Assembly (NCBI GenBank): GCA_964490675.1
Contig: CAZBDM010000001.1
Location: 4,826 to 33,064 of the forward strand
Direction: 5' to 3'
Length of the DNA: 28,239 nucleotides
Origin: an uncultured Oligoflexales bacterium
GTDB taxonomy: Bacteria > Bdellovibrionota_B > Oligoflexia > Oligoflexales > JAWKNZ01
Shown: piece by piece, positions 1 to 8,506 of the stretch
How positions within the stretch are numbered: the stretch's first letter is position 1
How the letters are laid out: each line of letters opens with the position of its first letter
Program-made: the position numbers and the translations under genes
Notes under the pieces: model-generated
Told to the model about the DNA's origin: nothing
Seen by the model: the letters and a program-made list of their open reading frames with translations, nothing else
Database searches by the model: none

Positions 1-34
1 GGGGACCGCTTGGTATTTTAGAATCTAGATTCAT
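1..34 (-). CDS. sdhA: Succinate dehydrogenase/fumarate reductase flavoprotein subunit, N-terminal fragment (runs off window start)
   Basis: Minus strand ATG at 34 preceded by GAGGA (41-45), 18 bp after the sdhC stop. Translates MNLDSKIPSGP, resembling the 'LDSKIPxGP' N-terminus of SdhA proteins that pair with b558-type SdhC. Not in the ORF track. Confidence 0.7.
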   Translation of the reverse strand, partial: MNLDSKIPSGP

Positions 35-52
35 AGCACATCCTCTTTAACG

Positions 53-721
53 TTAGTTGCCCACTAGGCCGGTTAATACAGACACAGGAATCGACAAGTA
101 ACCAATTGCTAATATGATCCCAAATGCTGGTCCTAGGATTCTAATCAGTGGGTTATATTTAGGGTGATTGATCCCCAATGTTTGAAAGAGACTCGAAACA
201 CCATGGGAAAGATGGAAACAAAGAAGACCAACACCAACAATATAAAAGAGACTGGCGAGTGGATTCTTAAAGCCAAGTACGACCATGCTGTAGACATCAA
301 ATTTGTCCAACGCTTCAAATTCTGGATTGAGCCACCTGAAAGTGTAATGCGCAAGATGGTAGAGAATAAAAAACAAAACAATCAGTCCGGTCATCATCAT
401 CGTTCTTGAAGCAAAGGTCGCTTTTGTGCTTTTTTTCACTTCGTATTTCTGAGGGGTTGAAGACCGGTTGATCGCACTGAGCTTTATGGCCGTGAGAATG
501 TGAGCTGCAATGGCAACCAGAAGACCGATCCTCGCGACCCACAAGAGGCCTCCAAGATCATGCAGCCACTTAGCGTATGCATTGAGCGCGTCCGGCCCCG
601 CATAAATCAAAAGATTGCCACTAAGGTGGCCTAGTAAAAATCCAAACAGAAGAAAACCACTCACAGCCATGATCAATTTCATACCAATTGATGATGACAA
701 CGTTTTGGCGATTAAACTCAT
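53..721 (-). CDS. sdhC: Succinate dehydrogenase cytochrome b subunit (b558 family, single di-haem anchor)
   Basis: 222 aa, about 5 TM helices. Motifs SSIGMKLIMAVSG, GHLSGNL, AHILTA, YHLAH, HLSHGVSSLFQTLG provide candidate haem His ligands. Directly upstream of sdhA with no sdhD. Confidence 0.92.
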   Translation of the reverse strand: MSLIAKTLSSSIGMKLIMAVSGFLLFGFLLGHLSGNLLIYAGPDALNAYAKWLHDLGGLLWVARIGLLVAIAAHILTAIKLSAINRSSTPQKYEVKKSTKATFASRTMMMTGLIVLFFILYHLAHYTFRWLNPEFEALDKFDVYSMVVLGFKNPLASLFYIVGVGLLCFHLSHGVSSLFQTLGINHPKYNPLIRILGPAFGIILAIGYLSIPVSVLTGLVGN

Positions 722-769
722 CTAGTAACCTCACGAGGATTGGCGTCAAAAAGACATAGAATCCCGCCC

Positions 770-778
770 AGGATACCA
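770..778 (-). promoter_or_regulatory. Putative extended -10 promoter element for sdhCA (TGgTATCCT)
   Basis: TG-N-TATCCT about 50 nt upstream of the sdhC ATG, preceded by an AT-rich tract. No convincing -35. Confidence 0.3.
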
Positions 779-817
779 TATTGACGGTATTTTTTAATGA
801 AAAATTTGTTTGATATT

Positions 818-3409
818 TTAAGCCTCTGGTCCCACACAGACAACCAATGGCGCTTCATTTTTGAACATACGACATGCTACTTTTTTAATCTGATCGGCTG
901 ATACCGCCTCAATTTTTTTGTGGTAGTTTAAGAATTCACTGTACCCAAGACCATAAAGCTCCATAAGAGCCATTGTCGCTGACTGGCTATCGGTCTTTTG
1001 AAGGCTCATCTCATGATTGCCAACAATGTATTTTTTTGCGCGCGCAAGCTCTTCTGGTGAAACCAAAGTTTCTGTCAACTTTTCAAACTCTGCTTTCATT
1101 GCCGTAAGAGCTTTTTGTTTTTTGTCAGGGCTACAGGCCAGATAGGATCCGATAAAACCTGGGTCACAACCATAGGCCATCAGAGGGGTCACTGTGTAGG
1201 CGATCCCCATCTTTTCTCTCAACTCGTAAAACATCCGGCCGCCATGACCTGCCAGGATATTGATTAAAACATCAAGACTGTAGCGATCTTCATCGACCCA
1301 GCTCATCCCATTAAATCCCAGAACGATATGAAGCTGCTCTCTGTCTTTTTTAAGAAAAATCTCTTCTTTGGGGATGACGTAGCGGCTCTCTTCATACTTG
1401 AAGTGTCTTTTTTTAGAGCTGGGTTGAAACTCCTGCAGAGTCGTTTTTAAAAGGTCTGCGACATCTTCGAAAGACTGAGGTCCGACAGCTGAGATGATCC
1501 ATTCACCAGAATCTCTAAAATCTTTATAAAGTCGAGTCATTTCATCTTTTTTGAAGCTATTGAGACTATCAACACTGCCGAATAATGATGCTGAATAGGG
1601 GTGTTCGCCGTAGAGAGCTTTTTGAAACTCCCGTACACATATCGAGGCCGCTGAATCCTTCTGAGCGTTCAAAGTTTCTAAACTTTCTCTCAAAGACGCT
1701 TGCCACTGATCTTCTGTATATACCGGATCAAGAAGAGCTTCCGAGAAAAGACCTATGAAAGTTTCCATATCTTGGCTGAGACAACTTAGGTTGAAGCCAA
1801 AGCTATCTTTTCCAGAAAACCCGCTGAGACCCCCACCGGTACTTTCGATAAGTTCAGCAAAAGACTGGTTATCGTGCTCGCTCGTGGCAGTTGCTGATAA
1901 AGAAGCGAGCAGATGATAGAGCCCGCTTGTTTTTTGACTCTCTGCTCTTTGCCCCCCAGCAGTGGCCGCACACAGGCTAAAGAGCTCGCCATCGGTATTT
2001 TGCTTGTAGATAAACTTGATCCCAGGTTTAAGCTCAGTGACCTGGATGTCTTGCGACTTTATGGTTTCTTTAGTCGACCGAGGAGCATATTGCTTTTTAA
2101 GGGAGGAGTTTTCATCGGATGACCACGAAAAGTTGCGATCAAACGCATCCTTAAGGTCTTGTTGTTTGAGCTCGCTGTTTTCGTTGACTAAAGCAACGAC
2201 AAGAGCTTTGCTAGGATCGAGCCACTTTCTTAACTGGGAGCTAACCACCTCTGGTGTAAGCTTATCTACTATTGTTTGGTAGACATCATCGAAGTAAATC
2301 TGATGGGATGTCTGGATGCCAAAGCCTAGGCTTCTTGCCTGACCTTCAACCGTTTCATCGCGGTAGACACGGTCTGCTCTGAGGTTAGTTTGGGCTCTTT
2401 TTAGCTCTTCCTCTGAAACAGGCTCACTGCCAATGATTTTTTTGAGCTCGCAAGCAATACCAGAGACCGCCCGCAATAGCTCTTTTTCCGTAGCTCTGGC
2501 AGTCACAGAAAAGATTCCTGGGAATGCCGGCGTGTAAACAGAAGAATTAACTGCAGCGACAACTGCTTTTTCATTCCTCAACCTCTGCACAAGCCTTGCA
2601 GCTTCGCCTGACCCCAAAACAAAGCTTGCAACATCTAGACTCGCCGTATCAAAATCTTCTAGACGCGACGCTGGAAAGATGACTTCTATGCGCGGCAACT
2701 GGTAGTCGTCTTTCAAAAGGATAGCTCTAGACTCACTGTCCAGAGAGTGTGTTGGCAAGGGCATTCTTTTCGGCAAAGTCTGCTGCGGCTCCTGACCAAA
2801 ATGCTTTTCAATGGTTTCAATTATTTTGTCGCTTGAGAAATCCCCGACCGCAACAAAGTGCATGTTATTGGGAACGTACCAATTCTTAAAAAAATCAATC
2901 AATTTCTGCTGGTTAAAACTTTTAACAATCTCCTCAAAGCCAATCACTGGCCTTTCGGCTTCACTACCCCTGTAGAAGTTTTCAAACACCTTCCTTCCCA
3001 CTTTAATAGCGGGATCGTCGTGAGCATGGCGAATCTCTTCCAAAATCACCTCGATTTCTCTTGAAAGCTCCTCTTCATCAAAATTTGAGTGGAAAAGAGC
3101 ATCTCCAAGCAGCTCTACCCCAAGATCTGAAAACTCACTTGCAAGAGACATGTGATAGACGGTTCTATCGAAGGTCGTGTAGGCATTCATATCACCGCCA
3201 CAGGCTTCGACAATTCTTCCCATTTCACCGGCAGCTCTTTTTTCGGTACCTTTAAAAAGCATATGTTCGATGACATGCGCCATCCCCCTTTGCTCAGGGG
3301 TCTCGTCTAGAGAACCGACGCCCACCCAGCACTGAAGAGACACCGCTTTGGCAAAGTGGTTTTCTTTAATGGCTAATTTGAGTCCGTTTGGTAACTGGTC
3401 AAAGATCAA
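818..3409 (-). CDS. M16B family zinc metallopeptidase (pitrilysin/insulinase-like), fused two-subunit form
   Basis: 863 aa, TTG start with GAGGG upstream. Inverted zinc motif HVIEHMLFKGT and NAYTTFDRTVY in the N half; second half has a degenerate zinc motif (YHLLASL) and GRMFYELREKMGIAY. No signal peptide. Confidence 0.93.
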   Translation of the reverse strand: MIFDQLPNGLKLAIKENHFAKAVSLQCWVGVGSLDETPEQRGMAHVIEHMLFKGTEKRAAGEMGRIVEACGGDMNAYTTFDRTVYHMSLASEFSDLGVELLGDALFHSNFDEEELSREIEVILEEIRHAHDDPAIKVGRKVFENFYRGSEAERPVIGFEEIVKSFNQQKLIDFFKNWYVPNNMHFVAVGDFSSDKIIETIEKHFGQEPQQTLPKRMPLPTHSLDSESRAILLKDDYQLPRIEVIFPASRLEDFDTASLDVASFVLGSGEAARLVQRLRNEKAVVAAVNSSVYTPAFPGIFSVTARATEKELLRAVSGIACELKKIIGSEPVSEEELKRAQTNLRADRVYRDETVEGQARSLGFGIQTSHQIYFDDVYQTIVDKLTPEVVSSQLRKWLDPSKALVVALVNENSELKQQDLKDAFDRNFSWSSDENSSLKKQYAPRSTKETIKSQDIQVTELKPGIKFIYKQNTDGELFSLCAATAGGQRAESQKTSGLYHLLASLSATATSEHDNQSFAELIESTGGGLSGFSGKDSFGFNLSCLSQDMETFIGLFSEALLDPVYTEDQWQASLRESLETLNAQKDSAASICVREFQKALYGEHPYSASLFGSVDSLNSFKKDEMTRLYKDFRDSGEWIISAVGPQSFEDVADLLKTTLQEFQPSSKKRHFKYEESRYVIPKEEIFLKKDREQLHIVLGFNGMSWVDEDRYSLDVLINILAGHGGRMFYELREKMGIAYTVTPLMAYGCDPGFIGSYLACSPDKKQKALTAMKAEFEKLTETLVSPEELARAKKYIVGNHEMSLQKTDSQSATMALMELYGLGYSEFLNYHKKIEAVSADQIKKVACRMFKNEAPLVVCVGPEA

Positions 3410-3416
3410 TTTGCCC

Positions 3417-4442
3417 TCACATTGAGATATCGACGCCGAAGTTTATCGCCTGTTGAATTTTTTTATCGCTCAGGTAAGGCCTTGAAACGAGATAACCAAG
3501 GCTAAACTTATTGTTTACCAGCGACACGCCACCTGAAACAGAACGCCTTTCAAACTCATCTACTCCATGTCCATAACCGCCGTAAAGTCTTAGTACATCA
3601 TAAATTGTCGTCATAAGAGAAGCGATGGCCATTTTTTCGGATTTAAGAGTAACCTCTTTTTCTGGAGGTCTAGTCGGGTCTAAAGGCCCAGAGACGGTAG
3701 ATTCCTGAAAGATCCTCTCTCTGTCGCGGTAGTCAAGGTGAGCGCTAAAGTATTTATTGATCAGATATGCCACGCCAGCTCTGTAAGTGCGCGGAGCGTA
3801 ATCTTTGATGCGGTCATTGGCAAGGTTTTCAGCGGAGACAGCCACCCTTAATTGAGGCGTTAAAAGCCCTGCAGCACCAAATCCGAGAGTGTATCCAGTG
3901 GTTAGCTTTTCCGCTTGTTTATTGGCGACATCGTAGGCTTCCACGAGTTGACCTGAGACGCCGAGAGAAATTTTTGTAAATGCCTGCGCAAACCCGACTG
4001 TGACTCTTTTTTTGATGGGACTATCGTAACGCCGGTTGAAAAATTCCTCTTCTGTGTCTGAGAGGGATTGATCGTTGATGTCAAAGGGACTTTCGTAATC
4101 TCTTTCTGCCCCGGTGTAAGAAAGCCCCGCTGCAATGGAAGAGGTCGTTGAATCCATAACCCCAGCTTGGTAAAACTCTCTGCCAAAAGTCGGCCAATTG
4201 TAGGCCGCAGACACCCGGTAGTGTTTTTCAAGTGGCAGCATTGCAGGGTTTAGCTTCACCGAAGAAATGCCACTGACGGCAGCCATTCCCCCACCGGCCA
4301 TGCCAAGATTGGGGCCGACAGTGGTCTCATATTCATTAGGGAGTCTTCCCTTTTCGTTTGTCACAGAAAGAGCAAGAGAAGAGACTGACAGGACAGCCGA
4401 GGCAACGCCCAGCAAAGAAAAGCTTTTCAAACCAACCTCCAT
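3417..4442 (-). CDS. Putative outer-membrane beta-barrel protein, FadL/PorV-like (probable true start TTG at 4430)
   Basis: Signal-peptide-like N-terminus (MKSFSLLGVASAVLSVSSLALS if started at TTG 4430, which has GGAGG 5 nt upstream). NLGMAGGGMAAVSGISSVKLNPAML resembles the 'xGMGGAxxA...NPAxL' plug motif of FadL/PorV-like proteins. Alternating beta-strand pattern to the C-terminus (INFGVDISM). Confidence 0.6.
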   Translation of the reverse strand: MEVGLKSFSLLGVASAVLSVSSLALSVTNEKGRLPNEYETTVGPNLGMAGGGMAAVSGISSVKLNPAMLPLEKHYRVSAAYNWPTFGREFYQAGVMDSTTSSIAAGLSYTGAERDYESPFDINDQSLSDTEEEFFNRRYDSPIKKRVTVGFAQAFTKISLGVSGQLVEAYDVANKQAEKLTTGYTLGFGAAGLLTPQLRVAVSAENLANDRIKDYAPRTYRAGVAYLINKYFSAHLDYRDRERIFQESTVSGPLDPTRPPEKEVTLKSEKMAIASLMTTIYDVLRLYGGYGHGVDEFERRSVSGGVSLVNNKFSLGYLVSRPYLSDKKIQQAINFGVDISM

Positions 4443-4508
4443 GACAATTGAATCGACCCTCGATATCTATACTAGAAAGAAGGATCACCCAACTGACATG
4501 AGCACTAA

Positions 4509-4874
4509 CTAAGATTTGGCCGTTTCAGCTTTTGCTTTGACCGCTTTTTGTGCCTGTGGTTTCGAGTAGCCTGCTACGTTTTGTTTGACCACCTTTAAAG
4601 AGGCACTGCCACCGACGTCTATAGTTACAAATCCTTCAGCTATCGATTTTACACGCCCTATGATGCCACCACTAGTGACAACTTCGTCGCCAACCTTAAG
4701 GTTTGTCAACAAGCTAGCATGATCTTTAGCCTTTTTGGCCTGAGGGCGAATAATAAAGAAATACATAATGACAAGAAAACCAAGTGGGAGGATGAGCATA
4801 TCGACAAACGATACCTGTTTTGATGCTTCTGCCGCCTGGCCGTAAGCTGTGTCTATGAGAGAGAAAAATTCCAT
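4509..4874 (-). CDS. yajC: Preprotein translocase subunit YajC
   Basis: Single TM followed by YFFIIRPQAKK and LKVGDEVVTSGGIIGRV, the hallmark YajC motifs. AAGGA RBS. Confidence 0.95.
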   Translation of the reverse strand: MEFFSLIDTAYGQAAEASKQVSFVDMLILPLGFLVIMYFFIIRPQAKKAKDHASLLTNLKVGDEVVTSGGIIGRVKSIAEGFVTIDVGGSASLKVVKQNVAGYSKPQAQKAVKAKAETAKS

Positions 4875-4925
4875 CTTGCGTCCTTTCTAGTTAGGCCGCA
4901 AAAGTAGCTGAGTCTTGTCCTAGAA

Positions 4926-5450
4926 TCAAGTGGCTCGCTGGGGTATCTCTAACATTTGCTCTTTTTCTAGTCTGGTTATCTTGCTCAGTATGACGATTGT
5001 GATGATCAAAAAACCTAATCCACTCAGCCAGGATGAGAAAATCGCAGCTATGAGAAGCCCTTCGACGAGCCGACTAAAGTATTCAGGATGATTGATGAAC
5101 TTGTAAGGTCCCTTTTCGACGCGATCCCAATAAGGGCTATGGATAAGGGCCATCGACCAGTAACCTCCTAGAGACACGATCGCCCAGCTCCGCATAGCAA
5201 CCATCAAAATCACCAGGATTGACGCAAAAATGGCGAAAGAGCTCGGCACTAGATCTCTTAAAAAGTAGCCTTCCACAAGAGCCGCCGGCAAAAGAGTTGA
5301 GTTGACGAAATAGTAAAACCTCATAAGTTTAACGTTTTTTTCCCGCCCCCCGTAAGCCTTAAGAAAGGGGTAGTTTTTTTTGTGTCGGTGATGTTCTGCC
5401 ATTCTGACCAGAACTGTGGCGATCACCAAAGTCATGATATGAAAGTCCAC
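4926..5450 (-). CDS. Isoprenylcysteine carboxyl methyltransferase (ICMT) family membrane protein, BpsB/SrsB-like
   Basis: 174 aa, multi-TM, GTG start with GAGG 7 nt upstream. Motifs VRMAE, RSWAIVSLGGYWS and KGPYKFINHPEY parallel BpsB-type (RYWALCSLGAYWN...KGPYKWMKHPNY, recalled from memory). Confidence 0.75.
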   Translation of the reverse strand: MDFHIMTLVIATVLVRMAEHHRHKKNYPFLKAYGGREKNVKLMRFYYFVNSTLLPAALVEGYFLRDLVPSSFAIFASILVILMVAMRSWAIVSLGGYWSMALIHSPYWDRVEKGPYKFINHPEYFSRLVEGLLIAAIFSSWLSGLGFLIITIVILSKITRLEKEQMLEIPQRAT

Positions 5451-5526
5451 GATCTTGCCTCATTTGTATCGAGTCTACCTTTGAGCCATGGTAGCATGAC
5501 TTCCACTTACGACTAAAGAGGGCCCC

Positions 5527-7587
5527 ATGGACGAGCTAAACCCCCAACAAAAAGAAGCGGTTACAAACTTTCACGGGGCGGCTATGATTCTTGCCGGGGC
5601 CGGCACTGGTAAAACCCGAGTGGTCACCCAAAGAATTGCCTATATGATTAGCTGTGGGGTCGAGCCTTACCATATTGCAGCAATGACCTTCACCAATAAG
5701 GCTGCCCGAGAGATGAAAGAGCGCCTTTCGGCTCTTATTGGCAAAAGCCAGGCGAGACAGCTTTCTATCGGCACCTTTCATAATTTTTGTCTCAATATTT
5801 TACGCACAAAAACAAAAGAGGCTGGCCTTGCTGACCGCTTCAGTCTCGTTGGAACCTCTGACCAACTCGACCTTGTCAGAAGGGTTCTTGAAGAAAAGGC
5901 ATGGTCAGGCCTCTACCGAGCTGAAGACCTTCATTACCGGATAGGTATCTGTAAAAATTGGCTCATCACACCAGAAGAGCTTGTTAATGGCAAACGACCA
6001 CCGCAGGGAGATCTTTCCGATACAACCGTTTTGTCAGAGGTTTACGCCCTTTATGAAAGGCAGCTTAAATTAAACCGCGCCATCGACTTTGATGACTGTA
6101 TTTTCAAAGTTGTTAAACTCCTCGAAAAGAATGATGAGGTCAAAAAAAGCCTGCAAGAAAGATTTCAACACCTTCTTGTTGATGAATTTCAAGACACTAA
6201 CTATGCCCAATTTGCTATTTTAGAGCATCTCGCCGCGCCTAAAGGAAATATCTGTGTGGTTGGAGATGATGATCAGTCAATATACAGCTGGAGAGGGGCG
6301 ATGTATGAAACCCTCGAGTCGTTTAAGAACACTTTCGACAACACTAATGTTATAAAACTCGAACAAAATTACCGCTGTACCAACATTATCCTTAATGCGG
6401 CCAACACCGTTATCAAACACAACAAAAAAAGAATGGACAAGACTCTATGGTCCGCCACAGACGATAAAACGCCCATCACCGTGGCCGGCCTTGAAGACGC
6501 TGTAGAAGAGGCACGGTGGGTTGCTGGTAAATGTATCGAAGCTTTGGGGGCTGGATATAGGGCAAACGAACTGGCAATTCTTTACCGCGCAAACGCCCAG
6601 GCGAAACTCATCGAAATGGCCATGAGAGAGTGTTCTCTTCCATACAAAACATTTGGCGGACAAAGCTTTTTTGAGAGAAAAGAGGTCAAAGACTTTCTTT
6701 CTTACCTGCGCCTGATCACCAATCCCCACGACCACCTCGCTTTGTGGCGCATCATCAACACGCCCACCAGAGGGGTCGGGCTGAGAACCCAGGAACAAAT
6801 AGATGAGTATGCCAAGGCAACCGAGATGTCGCCCTTTGATGTCATCAGAAAAGAGGATCTAAAAGAAATTCTCGGCCGGCACAACAAGGGGCTTGCAGAG
6901 TTCTCCACGACAGTGGCTAGGCTTTCGGATCGATCTCTGACAAATCCAGAGGATCTTGAAAAGCTTGGCCAGGATATCATCGATGAATTCAAACTTGTCT
7001 CTCACATCAAATCTCTCGGTCTCAATCCACTCGCCAGACAACAAAAGATAGAAAACTTAAAAAGCCTACCTGGCTGGCTCAAGAAAACCGCTGAAGACGA
7101 GGCTAGCGAGGGCAGCCTCGATTGTCTTCCACTAATCGACAGACTGACGATGAACGATGCTCCAGGTGGAGAAAACGACAAAGGCCCCAAAAACTTTATT
7201 TCCCTAATGACTATCCACGCCGCCAAAGGCCTTGAGTTTCCCGTTGTCTTTTTGGTGGGTCTTGAGGAAGAGCTTCTGCCGCATAAGAACAGCACCCACA
7301 GTCCGCAGGCGATCGATGAAGAGAGACGATTATTTTATGTCGGACTAACAAGAGCAAAGACCCGGCTTCATCTTTCCTACGCGCATTTTAGACAGACTGG
7401 TTTTCAAAGAGACATCAGAAAACCTTCTCGGTTTTTAAAGGAGATGCCAGACGATGGGCTTAATGAAGCATCAAAAAAACAGGCGCGACCGGTCGGTCTT
7501 TTTGAACAAAAACAAGAAAGAAAACAAAAGACTCTCAGCAAGCTTTCAAAGATAAAAGAGAACCTGATGAGTGGCGACTGGAACTAG
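5527..7587 (+). CDS. SF1A 3'-5' DNA helicase (UvrD/Rep/PcrA family, Rep-like)
   Basis: Motifs AGAGTGKT, TFTNKAA, DEFQDTN, GDDDQSIYSWRGA, LEQNYR, LMTIHAAKGLEFP, EERRLFYVGLTRA. GAGGG RBS. Confidence 0.95.
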   Translation: MDELNPQQKEAVTNFHGAAMILAGAGTGKTRVVTQRIAYMISCGVEPYHIAAMTFTNKAAREMKERLSALIGKSQARQLSIGTFHNFCLNILRTKTKEAGLADRFSLVGTSDQLDLVRRVLEEKAWSGLYRAEDLHYRIGICKNWLITPEELVNGKRPPQGDLSDTTVLSEVYALYERQLKLNRAIDFDDCIFKVVKLLEKNDEVKKSLQERFQHLLVDEFQDTNYAQFAILEHLAAPKGNICVVGDDDQSIYSWRGAMYETLESFKNTFDNTNVIKLEQNYRCTNIILNAANTVIKHNKKRMDKTLWSATDDKTPITVAGLEDAVEEARWVAGKCIEALGAGYRANELAILYRANAQAKLIEMAMRECSLPYKTFGGQSFFERKEVKDFLSYLRLITNPHDHLALWRIINTPTRGVGLRTQEQIDEYAKATEMSPFDVIRKEDLKEILGRHNKGLAEFSTTVARLSDRSLTNPEDLEKLGQDIIDEFKLVSHIKSLGLNPLARQQKIENLKSLPGWLKKTAEDEASEGSLDCLPLIDRLTMNDAPGGENDKGPKNFISLMTIHAAKGLEFPVVFLVGLEEELLPHKNSTHSPQAIDEERRLFYVGLTRAKTRLHLSYAHFRQTGFQRDIRKPSRFLKEMPDDGLNEASKKQARPVGLFEQKQERKQKTLSKLSKIKENLMSGDWN

Positions 7588-8483
7588 ACTTCTAGGGTAC
7601 CTTTTTCCTCGACGAAAACTTTCAGCTTTTTGATAATGCGCGCTTCGATTTGGCGAGCTCTTTCTCGACTAATTCCGTAGATATCACCGATCTGCTGGAG
7701 GGTTTTCGGATCTTCCGCCAGGACTCTTTGATCAAATATCTCTAAATCTCTTCCTTTAAGACTGTTTCTAAACTCATCTACAAACTGAGAGAAAATCGTC
7801 TTCACCTGTTTGTCGGCTAAATAATCTTCAATGGAAGGCTCTTCCTCATCCATTAAAAGTTCACCACGACTGATTCCGGAATCGTCTGATGATAGCGGCG
7901 CATCAAGGGAGACATCTTTAGAGGCAAGTCTTTTTTGCATCTCGAGAACATCTTTTTCAGAAACGTTTAAATTTGCTGCAATGAGCTTTGGATCAGCCGT
8001 CTCGTATTCTCTTAAAAGCTTCTCCGTTTCTTTTTGAAGATTGTAGTAGAGTTTCCTCTGAGCGGCTGTTGTTGCGATCTTGACCTGACTATTGTTGTCC
8101 ATGAGATATTTAAGGATGTAAGCACGGATCCACCAAGCTGCATAGCTTGATAACTTCACGCCTTTGTATGGGTTAAAGCGCTTCACTGCTTGCATGAGAC
8201 CGTAGTTACCCTCTTGGACAAGATCAAGCAGTCCCACCTGGGCTCGATGAAAATCGTTGGCAATTTTCACCACCAGCCTTAAATTAGCAGTGATAAGACG
8301 GTGAGCGGCTTCTACATCGCCTGATTCATGATGCTTTTTAGCAAGTTCAAGCTCTTCTTCAGGCTCTAGAAGCGGATATTTGGCGATTTCTTGCAAGTAA
8401 AGCTGCAGTGGTGAGACTTTTGCAACTGACTTGCTGCCGACTGGAACAGGAAGTTTGGCCAAACGTTTACGATCCTTTGTCAA
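7584..8483 (-). CDS. rpoH: RNA polymerase sigma factor, RpoH (sigma-32) family
   Basis: Region 1.2 LYLQEIAKYPLL, region 2 LITANLRLVVKIA / DLVQEGNYGLMQAVKRFNP / YAAWWIRAYI, RpoH-box-like AQRKLYYNL, region 4 TLQQIGDIYGISRERARQIE. TTG start, no region 1.1. Confidence 0.85.
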   Translation of the reverse strand: MTKDRKRLAKLPVPVGSKSVAKVSPLQLYLQEIAKYPLLEPEEELELAKKHHESGDVEAAHRLITANLRLVVKIANDFHRAQVGLLDLVQEGNYGLMQAVKRFNPYKGVKLSSYAAWWIRAYILKYLMDNNSQVKIATTAAQRKLYYNLQKETEKLLREYETADPKLIAANLNVSEKDVLEMQKRLASKDVSLDAPLSSDDSGISRGELLMDEEEPSIEDYLADKQVKTIFSQFVDEFRNSLKGRDLEIFDQRVLAEDPKTLQQIGDIYGISRERARQIEARIIKKLKVFVEEKGTLEV

Positions 8484-8506
8484 CTTTAACTAAAAAAGGG
8501 CCAAAA

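Noticed and set aside
722-765. Alternative hairpins around the sdhC Shine-Dalgarno (GGAUU/AAUCC versus CCU/AGG)
   Set aside because: The stems are only 3-5 bp with an implausibly tight loop; too weak to claim a switch.
5503-5529. CCCCAT at the helicase start as an RpoH -10 element
   Set aside because: It includes the start codon itself and there is no CTTGAA-like -35 at the right spacing.
8408-8506. Longer track starts for the kinase (8408), amgK (9420) and murU (10534)
   Set aside because: They overlap neighbouring genes and lack an RBS; the downstream ATGs fit family N-termini, the RBS or the stop/start overlap better.
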